Assembly (NCBI GenBank): GCA_002633005.1
Contig: NMRA01000089.1
Span: 310,001-374,000, forward strand
Length of the DNA stretch: 64,000 nt
Direction of reading: 5' to 3'
Origin: Phoronis australis
Taxonomy: Eukaryota > Animalia > Phoronida
In this document: positions 27,801-39,800 of the stretch, piece by piece
Numbering within the stretch: the stretch's first letter is position 1
Layout of the letters: each line of letters begins with the position of its first letter
Program-made: the position numbers and the translations under genes
The notes under the pieces: model-generated
The model's input: only the letters and a program-made list of their open reading frames with translations
What the model was told of the DNA's origin: nothing
Databases searched by the model: none

Positions 27801-30800
27801 GACAGCATGTGAGCAGTGTACAATCCGAGTTGTTACCAGTGGTAATAAAGAAATTAATTAACAGAATAAAAAGAATGAGAAGAGGAAAATTCTTATGATG
27901 TTAAAACATCGCTGCAGCGTTGGCTGGTCATGCTGTTAATGTGGAAGAGTGTTGAGGCAACAACTGCCAGGCTAGGCAAACAAATCATACACAAACGATA
28001 AACAGTCAGGTAAAACTTGTACCTTGTAACTCTCAGCAGGTAACTGCTTGCGGGATACAAAATTTAAGAATAAAATGTTACGAGAATTAACATTTGTTGG
28101 CGAACAACAAGTTCTGATGAGCTAGTATTAACGTAAGAAGATAAGTGGTAATGACAAAGAAGTATCAGGTACTGAAAATAAAAGCACGGTTAGAGGCAAC
28201 TAGGGCGACCATAACTTGCAAAAAGTCTTCTTTCACTGAAGCGTAGTCGACTTATTTCACATGCCACTGTTAAACAATTCACAGAACCTCAGGGGGATTT
28301 ATTTTATATTTCAGCAACATCTATGCAGAAAATGTGTGTAACTCAACCCGACATCATTCTTAGCAGTCAGTAAAGAGATCCCGCATTCACAGCCACCAGC
28401 ATTGTGCAAAATAGCAAGTGGGGTCAAACGGTCAGATTAAATGTTAATTTCTGAAACGGAAAAAAACTGGACGCCACATTTCTTATAAAATGTTTCAAGT
28501 CTCATCAACAGAAGTACTTGCCGGAAAGAAATAGCGTGCTACAATTTTCAAATAGGGCTTTACATATTTTGTGTAAATCGTCACTACAATTCTACCTGGA
28601 CAAAAATTACAACAAAAAAACAAAAATTTAACGTTGAGTAGGAAAAAAACAATTAGGTGGCAAAATCACGACACAGAGAAGAGAACACCAAGTGTCAGTG
28701 ACCCACCAGTAGGTAACTATCCCTCTGAGCAATAAGTCTCTGGATGTGGTGGTACATATTTCTGCTGACCGGTTCCAACTGTTCCTCCGGATCTTCCAGG
28801 TAAAAAATGTTTTCAGCATTGTCCGTGATCTGTCAACAGATAAAGGGTTTAAATGCGATTAAAAGGAGGTAGCATTCTCTGGCAAGGTTATGCAAATATT
28901 GACACTGGCAAAAAGGCTTTGCGTGCACCTATTTTGTATTATGGCAACTGAAGTATTGTACGCCTCGTGTAAACATTGACGAACAGCTGTTCTGTTTGAA
29001 TTGTATGCTGAAAAGGTGTTTCCTGCTAGGCACGACTGGCCAAGACATCTTAGCATTTTCACTCTTTTTACACTTCCTAACCATTGCAAATCATGAAATT
29101 CCCAGTATATCTTATTTAACATAAATAACTTCTTAAGGAGCACATAAAAAAGTTTTGTAATATTAAAAAAAAAACAATAACCACCTCGAATGCCAATCAA
29201 GGTGCAATAACTGAATGCTTATTTAATTAAATGATCTGGTTATGGAATTATGAAGTAATAGACATCTATTGTATTAACAACATACCACGTTTTTGGTTAT
29301 CATTACAAATAGTATCAACTTTATTTGTGATCTTAGCGCTGACACTTTAAGACTAAATAGTTTTCATGACATCAATTGCTAATTATTTCACCACAAATCA
29401 TCCATCATAACCAATAAATCCGGAACTTTTTCATTCATATGAACTAACCGCTGAAAGTTCTCAAGAAATTTACGGCACCATTTGGAATGAAAAACCCACG
29501 TCACAAATATACATATTCATACCAAGTGAAGAAACCTGCCACGGGATACTCATATGTCTCATGAGAGAATGCACTGTCCCATGGGAAACGAGCCCTTGTC
29601 CCCTTGGATGTGGGATTTTGACTGACAAGTATAGTATTGAAATGAAATCTGCATTACACAAGATCTATCTATTGCACCCACTTTTAAGTGAATTGGCCAA
29701 TTTGCTAAGAGGTGTGAGAAATCTCATTTTATTTTAAAAGGGGTTATTCGTTGCCGTCTTATCCTCACATGCCATGTGTTATTCGTTACTGTCTTATCCC
29801 CAGACGTCTGACGAGTTGGTCATCAGTGAGACATATCCAGCTGAGTTTACCTACCTCCTGAATGTGCTGCATGATGGCCGTTTGAACTTCAATGTCCAAG
29901 TTAGTTATGGTGTAGATAAACTCTTCTTTCCTCTCCGACTGTATGGCACAGCCAAGAATAAGCAGAAGGGCCTTCTCTACCTCCATTTCTGTTGATCCTA
30001 TAATTACCACACACGTCATTATTCACGCCACTACACTTGTAATGCTTTTTAACACTTTCTGACAACACTGTAATTTGTTAGATCACAGCACAGCAGCACT
30101 GAATTAGGTCAAGCTCCAGTAGCAAATTTCAATCTGGAGTAAATGAGTTAAGGAAAGTGAATGTTTCCACTGAAGCAATTAGTGAACTCCATTTGGTGTT
30201 TGATGGGTAATTAGGAACATTACGTAACTCACTGTATCAAAAAAGGAAACAAAAGGTTCCATCCCAACACAAACCAAAACAATGGTTTTCATGTGACTTA
30301 AAACATATTGCCTGCACCAGGCACTGAACACAGCTGATAGGTAAAAAAGGTTACAGCTATATGATTGTGACCACTCTGGACCTCATGTAAAACCCAAGAA
30401 GTCACAATGGGATATTCAGGGACATTAAAGGAGGCCTCCTCATTTTTTATGAAAAAGAGAACAGAAGTAAGAACAGAAGTAAGAACAGAGGCATAAAAGG
30501 GTGTCATGCCACCACCTAGGATGCTTTTTTGAGGTACGACAAGTTCCAGGTAGGACCGTCGGTTAACTAGCATTGACAGGTGAATTTCGAGTTCTTCATT
30601 AGCCCACAAATACACAATAATTTTCCTGAGTGTGTGACAACTTCAAACACAATTACCATCTTAAGTTGTTGAAGAAGTGGAGCTGTTGTGACCATTTAAC
30701 CATTGTAACCACCAGGGTCTTGGGAAATGTGAATGATAAGCATGGCTGAGCAAGGGAAGTAAAAAGAAGTGATGCAGTTCAAGTTTTGCCACAAACGTCT

Positions 30801-33800
30801 CATTTTCCCCAAAGCAAGTCTACGCAAAATTAAGCACAGGAACTGAATCGATATTTCACCACCATTTATTCGTTCATATCTCAATGAACACTTAAGAAAC
30901 CCTCACAAAAGGACTATAGCCTCTGGACAGCCACCAAACAATTCATTAAGTACCTGCATTCAAAAGAATGTCACACAGGTATATACAAATGTATTCAGTA
31001 AATACATACAACCAAGCTTAATTCATTATTCAAGACCTTTTATTGGCCTCATGAGGAATAGTTTAGCAAATATAAAACTTTGCATAAATATGATGTTTCA
31101 ATCTGACAACACAGTTTCTGATTACCATTCTGGTGGTTTAAGTTATCAGAATATGCCCAGGTAACAAATACTACATGTACGCTTAATGTACAGCCCTATC
31201 ATACGTTAACTTCAGAACAGTAAGAAACAACACAACAGTTCCGGATAGAAATCTCCCGTGTACTGGAGGTAGGAAAGTGTATTTGATACATTGACTCGCT
31301 TTAGAAATGTCGGGATGATTTTAGGAATCATGACGGAAAATATTGCATTTATGGATACTTCTCAAGTGTATGTAACAATACGTCGGGAGAGTTGTAGCCC
31401 ACGGTACTGCAGTAAAACTTGGAAGTCATTGGGAGGTCAAATAGAGTTTTAATGCGGTCGAGAAAAAATTGAAAAAAGCAAGATGTCAACACATAACATG
31501 AAAAACTTCACTGAAAACGTAAAGCGCTGTTGGGAAATATGAGGAGATTTAAGAATTTCTGTGTAATTTGGGACTATCGTATAGAACCACAAACACTGAC
31601 CTTCATATCACAGGCATTTTATTAAAAAATTGTTTGGATAACTGGTTTTTCAGCAATGCCCTTCTGTCAGGACAGCCAAGACTGATGTAAGTTACATTTA
31701 CATGTGGCGCAGTTGACACGCAGCACTTGTCATGGAATAACCAATCAGGTGCATGTGTGGAAACACGAATGACATGGCAGCCATCGTAGACACTAATTGG
31801 GAGAGGTAGAGCAAATTGCACTCCATCAGTTAATACATTTAACTACACGTCTAAACACAAACTGGACACTGCGGAAAAGGTCATGGTTCAGACATTCGCT
31901 ACTATTAATGCGAGCATGCATAGATAGTATTCCTGTAAATGACTCATGCTGATTCAGTCTGCAATCTAATGTCATGTGAATGCGACTGGAGCAACTCGCA
32001 TCGTGACAAATCGTGTCGTGACAATTGTTCCTTATGTAAAAAAAGGCTACTAAGAAGAAAAGAAGAAAAAATACCTTTCTCAGGCTCTTTACATATCTGT
32101 ATAATATTCGGCATCTTCATAACGATCAACTGTTGAAGAACATCCTAAAAGAACAATTGAAACAATAATGACATAAACTCACTCTCAGGCATTTCTAAGA
32201 TTTTCAATGTCAACGCTATCATGTTTGTTTCGCGGAATTTTAAAAACACGACATCAACATGTACAGGTACATGCAGACAGGAGCTTCCCCATTTTTGTTA
32301 AACTCATCCCAGGTCAGGAACTGTGCAGGGTATGACACTAACAGCACCTTGCTGGATGCACAGGAGCTAACCTTTGCTGTCAAGCAAAGTGAAATTTCAA
32401 AGTACAATGCATGATGGGCTAGTTAATTCAGTGATTGAAAATTTGTATATTGAGATCTAATGGTAGACAACAGATCTTGCAAATGTTTAGGTCATAATTG
32501 ACTTGAAGGCATTACAGTTCAGTCATTTTAGAAGCAGTACAAATTTTCCAATTCGGGATATTGAAAAAAATAATTATTTTGCTCAATGTCACAGCTTGTC
32601 CCAACTTCTAGAAATAGGCAACATTATCTGTGCCAAATTCAAAAATCAACGGAATTCGGAAAGGTGGCAAAATTACCCATACTGTAGACTGGAAACGCAC
32701 TGTTCAACATTTTAGAAATATGGTGAAAGCCAAATTAGCCCTTGTCCCAAATTCTAGAATCCAGAGAAATTTAATTTTTGAAGGAGTTTGCGTGTCCCAA
32801 ATTCTAAACACTGTCCCAAATTCATGGAGAATTTTTATCATAAGCTTTTTCTTCTGCAAAAAAATGGTTTACTTGTACAGTAGGAAAGTTAACTAAAAGT
32901 TAGTGTCAAGCTCTGCTGAGCCCAGCTGTGTACGGAATATTGCAGTGCCATGGGCCGCCTATCTCATTACAGGGACCCCAACTGCCCTTGGGCCCCCACC
33001 TCACCAATGAGACAATGTCGCAAGAAATGGCCAAAGCAATTATACAATTCCTGACAACTGCAAGCATTTTTGCACCATGCAATATTCATTTTTAAATATC
33101 TTTTAAATTTACTTGTTTCACTTCAGTTTGAATGAAACTACAGAGGTGCATGAGGAACAATGTGGCACATTCATGTTTATAAGATACATCCGCTATGAGT
33201 AAGTCTATTTGTAAGGTAAGTCAATACTTGCTCTGTGACATTCCAATGGGATCAATGGCAGCCCAGAAGTTCAACAGACAACCTAATGAATATTTAATCA
33301 GGGGTTTGATTTCTAATAACTTTGTTCAATTTCACATCCCACACTCTGCAATCCAGCCCCATAAGAGTTCACTGCACAACACAGAAAGATCAAAGTTCAA
33401 TACAACAACAGGACAGCCCTCAGCTGACCCAGATTCAAATAATCTCTTCAAACATCCTCCCATCAAAGACCCAAGTAACTGACACCCATCCCCTGATGCC
33501 TACACTTCCACTACAGAGCCAGGTGTCCCGAGTTCACATTACAACACATTTATTGACCACACATATACACCTGGCAAACAGTGCAGCTTGCACAGTAACA
33601 CAAGTCAGTTGTGTAGAGCTGTGAGCCACAGCTTAGTGAACCAGTACACATTACGCAGTGAATGTAGAGTTTGACTTCTATTGTGCAAATAGTTTGGATA
33701 TTGGTTTAGCTCAAAATGGACACATTAAGAATAAATGGGTCCCCAAGCACTATAGCTCATTTGTACAATAAACTAAACACATCAGATAAGATTTACTGTA

Positions 33801-36800
33801 ACCCAGTGCAGTTCCCTGTGTATAGTAATTCAAGTTTTATATTGAGATAATAAATTGTGCTTATATTTATCCTGTGTATAAAAGGCTACGCAAACAAAAA
33901 CATATTTATGAAAAGAGTCTTTTGCAGACTGTTGCAAAGGCCAATTGTTCCCTTCTCATGAAACATTAACAAGGGAAACAAAATCCTTGCAGAACTAACA
34001 GCTACATATGGATTTGAAACAAGACACTCACAAATGATTGACTATAGAAAAAATTGGAAGACTAGGAAAAGGTTTCAAGTTTATGCAAGAACTGAACTTG
34101 ACAAATTGTTTCTTTTAATTCTTGCTCATTCTATGAAAATAATAACTTTGTAACGGGCATCTGAAATGAGAAGCGGATACTTCTCATTTCAGATGAGGGT
34201 TAATAGGACAGGCAAAGCCAGGAGGTCAACAATGTGATGCTATTTATGACTTGAGAAGTATACTGTGTAATGAAACCTTACTGAGGCTTGAGCTAATGAT
34301 AATATTGGGATATCAACAGGACATCCTACATAATGAAGCTATCAATCAGAGCAAGCAGACATTTCGTTAAGCTAAGCCATCAGACTGGGTTAGATTTATT
34401 TTCATAATGTTTCACTGATTTTATTTTAGTGCAGACATTTGGCTTGGAAGCATTTCAGGGAATAGTGTAGACAGAATTCAACCCTTTGCCCTTCTCTTTG
34501 TTGTGAACTCGACCATTCAAGGCAAAGAAATACTCCGTTTGGAGTTGTTTCGTTTTATCAAATGCAATGATCAATTTGGGCCAAAGTTTGTTCATCATAC
34601 TCCAATAGTGAATTTTATCCAGCTGATTTTCAAAATGCCTGGACAGATTGCGACACTTCAGGATAAACGATCAGAACGTAGAGAAAATATCAAAATGCCT
34701 GGCATTACGTCATGGACATTTTAGTCAACAGATTTTCTCCTTAGGCTGTGAAAAAAATATCCCGACAACAGTTCAATTATGATGAAAGGCTGGAACATTT
34801 TAAGTTGTAGCTTTAAACTTGAAGCAAATACAAGCTATTATTTTAACTTTGTGTACCCTTATACAGGCTTAAACAAATTGTGACAAGCATTTCTGAACTT
34901 GTTTCTACTTGCCAATACTTCTTGGACTGCAGACATTTACAAATACCCACACCCCTGCAAGATGCGGAATTATAAGTTAATGCAGTAAGCAAAAACATGG
35001 AAATGTGACCACTAGGTCAGTGAACATCACAAAGGCAACAGGATCAAACAAGACCAATTTCAAGTGATTTATGGTCCTGTGTAAGGGCACACCTGCACAG
35101 AATGTTTACCTGATAGTAGCTCTTGATGGCCCTCAGAAGGATGTCCCAGTTTTGAAGTCTTTGCTGGACATCTTCCACAGTTCTGTTCACCATTAGACTC
35201 AAGTCCTTGTGAGACCGAGAATCTCTGCAACCACAATCACAGTATTCAGCCAATACTTAAAATATCAATCTCACAACACACATACACCTTTGTGGGAAGG
35301 TAAGGAGCAGGGATGCTCTAGCAGATCTTACGCACACTCTACGGTCTCGTCACTAGGGAAAAAACACCAGTTTCAATAGGTTAGCTATCGTTAAAAAAGA
35401 TTGAATGACAAGCAAAATGTCCAATCCTGCACGATGATGTGACAGAAAACAATAAAATTAAAATATTAATTTTACTCTTCCATGAACATATTTCTCAAAG
35501 TTTTGAAACTCAAATCAAAAAAATTTAGAGGCTAAAAATAAACATAACAAATAGTTATAACCATTTCTGTGCCCGCACTTTCCAAGTCTACAAGTAAACT
35601 GTCTAATCTGTGGAAACTTTGCACTTGAACATGTGCTCAAATAAATTTCATTTACAAGCATCATAACTTTCCAAATTTCCTAAATTATTCAGGGTTTACA
35701 AGTATCGTTCTAGCAACAAATTTTCCAAGAGGTCAAACTATCAAATCATTGATTTAGAAATCAGGTATTTTACTGCCCTGAGAACCATCCACTAATACCT
35801 TTAGTCTAATCCAAGTTACTTATTATCCCAAAAGGTCAGGTAATCCTATTACACAGGATAAGACTAGTACTAGGATCACAATAGTGGCATAACACCTACC
35901 AGCTTGCCAGTGATGTAATTTAACATGTTTACTCACTGCAATAAAACCATTAAAGCAACAATAAACATAGGTGTCCTTTCCTCCACTTTTGCAGCTGTCT
36001 TGAAATTATTAGAGTGGTTTGTCACATAATTGGAACAGAAGAAAACATCAGCAATTTTGGCAAGTCAAAATACCAGTGAAAATGATCTTTAGAACCAGTA
36101 TAATCCCAGAGGCTAAAGTGGAGCCTCCCAGAACATTTCTAAAATGTTTATTGTAAGAATAAGTTCATTGGACAAAACCAAATCCAATTGTACACAGCAC
36201 AGTTGATATGGGACTTGCATGACAAAAGAACAGGTTCTTTATAATAGGGTGTACTAGTAAAAGTGTAATGGACACACTGGCCTTTAGTCAGTATGATACA
36301 AAAAGAGGCAGAATGTTCGACTGCAGTAGTATACAATAATGGCAAGATCTTGAAATGAGGCTAAACTTGATACGTGATGGTGGTATGATTAGGATCTTGG
36401 CATCTGTCCTTGAACAAAAAAATCTCTTAGCAAAATGCTATTAACATTCAATTCAAACAGATAAAACCACTTTCTACTATATAGCTCAGCAAAAGTCAGA
36501 TAGCTAAGAAACTTGAAGGATTTACAACCAGTGCACTGTGCACACTTTGATCAAAGACATCACCATTTTAGTTTTATCAGCCTACAATGACCATAGATAG
36601 CACAACTATTCCACTATGAGCATATCGCACAAGGTTAGTATCAATCTTGAATGAAACTAACTTGTTCAGGGCTTGTCTGTCAGGCAAGTAAACCAAAAAT
36701 TCCACTTGCCAAAAACTCAGCCTTCAAGTCAACAATCACTGACATGTTTGGAAGTTTCACATTGTGTGCCACTAGAGCTGGACTCAACTAACCTGTGGCA

Positions 36801-39800
36801 TGTGTTATTACTTGTTTTGAAATTTCACTCACCCAACAGTGCTGCTGCTATTAGTGTCAAGTTTTGAATATAATGTACACACTGGTTACAGATGTTATCA
36901 TCCTATCAGAGAGTTTATCAATATTCATTGACACATGGCAACTACTTCCCCTGGGAGAATGTTTTATACTATTTCCACTCAAGGGAACAATTACATTTAT
37001 TGGCATTCCATTCAACCCTTAACCAGTTCAAATAGAATCTGAATCAGATCTGTTTATTGTATGTAGGCCTTGGTCTCAAAATACAGTTTACAATACAACT
37101 TTACTAAGATGAAATTTCAACTCTTAGCATTGTTGTTGTTGAAATAAACAGCAGCGGGCTTTAGTTCACAAAAATCATGGGTTTGAAATATTCTAACTAC
37201 TCTGGCATGATCTGTCAATTTGTCAGCAAATTTTGGCACACATCACCATGGACTGGACAGTGACGGATAAAATGAATCATGTTTTCAATTTGACCAATAT
37301 TGCCATATGTCACAAACTGTTTCACTCTTGGGTAGACATGTGTCATTGTGCCGCCCTCTTTCAATATAAAGCTTGTGCATTGAGCAGCTAAAAGGAGCAA
37401 ATATTTTGCTAGCTAGAAAAGACTTAGCGAGACTACGCAAGATATTGCCGTGTATTTTAAATGAAAACACGTGACTTTGACCAGATTTTTCGACTCACAA
37501 GACAGGTACTGAACTCTACCCAGGTATTTTTCTAACAGTAGTTTCGTTTTGATAGTACAATAAAAAGTTGAATTGTTTATTGGAGTGTCAATTTCTTTAA
37601 CGTCACGGTCAGTTAGTGACATATTCTGCTAGGATTAAATCTATGGCATCCGGTCCATCTAATCATACTTCTACAAATCCATACCTATACAGAAGCACTC
37701 ACAAAATATGCCCAGTTGTGCCTGCTGCATCCTCACATTGCAGCCGTAACATATTGAAACACTGAATTGGATATGAGGCTTCATTTGAAGCAACCTTGAC
37801 CATAAAACAATAGTTCAATAAAATGGCATGCAACTTCACTAAATCATTAAGTACAAAAAAGGTTGTCTCTATTATTTTAGAATAAACGAGTTTTTGACAA
37901 AAAAAATTAAAAAGGATTCTTACATAACAGAAAAGCTTTCAAAATGCAATGTTTTTGTCCTGTATACATAAAACAAGTAAAAATGTCATCTTTTAGCCAC
38001 AAATTTCAGTTTCTTTACAAAAGAACAATTCCTTCCACTAACGTTACTGGAGGGCATTTGGAATTAGCAAAATCAGTGACTTAGGTAAAATTAACAAGAA
38101 CTATCTGATGTGTATATTGGAACATTGGAATGCAGCCAAGTAAACAAACTTAAACCAACAGTGCAGTGGAGACTACTGCTGATAAGATTATAACTGCATA
38201 GGGCAACAAAAGTACTATTTAATGCAATTTAATACAGGCCACACAAAGCTTGGCGAGAGATTACAAGGTGTATAAAGGATGTTTTGAATCTGGAACAGGA
38301 CCAACATTTAACAAAAACATGTAGAAAGTATGTGTGTATTACATAACTATGAGGTATAGTAGATGTACAAGAAAGTTTATGGAGCTGGTATAAAACTTGA
38401 TATCTTATCAATAAATTTATGGCTATAAAATCTGATGTTCCTTTGCAACAAGCCAAACACCAGAGGATTAATGAGACGTGGTGTTTAGATCAGACATGAC
38501 GAGTTCATGAAGTCGGACATTAATTCAAATGTGGCAACTAGTGATAAGAACACAACAGTGTATAACCAGGGCAGTGTGCAGCACAGAACCTTGTCGGTTT
38601 CTTTTAATTCGCATGACATTTTTTAAACTGTTTCCTAAAATCCCGTAAATTATCATGAAATTTGTGCAGGTCAAAACCATGAAAATGACAGAAAAACATG
38701 GAATTATGATCAGTAAACCACAATAGGAAAACTTAAAACCAAACAGAAATTGTAAGAATGTACAAATTAATAGAGGAATCCATAGGCAGTACAAGGAAAA
38801 ATCTAATTATTTTTAAAGGAAATTAATCCGTTTAGAAATGTGCTGTCTGCAGACAATGTAGAAGGCTTCAGGAACTGGATGTTAAAGAATAACAGAACCT
38901 GACCAGCAAAAGCATGCAAACAAAACAGTGCGAACAGTATTCACTTTGTATCAAAGCACATGTTGTAAATTTTCAACTTAATGAACACATGACTGGTTGT
39001 TAAGGAAACGACATGCTATAGAGACAACAGGCACAATCTGAGTGTGTACAGTAGCTGTAAATATGGTGAATTATGGTATTTAGCACAAATATGGCCGACA
39101 AATGAAAAATTCTGTTTTGTCAAATGTCTCCGCATAATAAAGATTAATAAGAGAATTGGAGCCTATGACTACCATGATTTGTACTGTGCAGGTGCCATAA
39201 AACAAATTTTGATACATATTCCATTACGAGGAGTAAAATAAACATCCTTTGTAAAACGGAAAATGATAATTTTGCCAATATTTTTTTCGCGAAATTAGCT
39301 GGGAAGTACCCGTACTGTATCTAACAATGAAAATTCTTCAATTAGGGACATAACTAACTATGGTAAAATTGCCATTATTCGATTATACTTATACATCACC
39401 GTAGAAAAACATAGAATTTGTCAAAAAGCTTTAGTTGAGAAATTTGAAAATTTAGGAAATCTCACTTGTCCGCCATACTGGGTTCCAAATATTAAAGTTT
39501 TTTCCATACTTCACATACTAGACAATCTGACAATAAAAATTGTTTTATTTTCTTTAACCTACATATTATTTGTCATACTTACATTTGAATCATAATATCA
39601 TTAAGAAATACTCCATCCGAAAGTTCGGCGTATTCAAGAGGCTCTTCTCGGAAAGTTTGGACCTGAAAACAGCACGAGTGTGTTATGAAACTTAACAATT
39701 ACTGGTAGGCAAAACATGCAAAACAAACTACAGAATATTTAAAAAATATGGGCACACCCTCAAAAATCCCTTTTGAATTCTATCTGGGATCTCATTCAGC

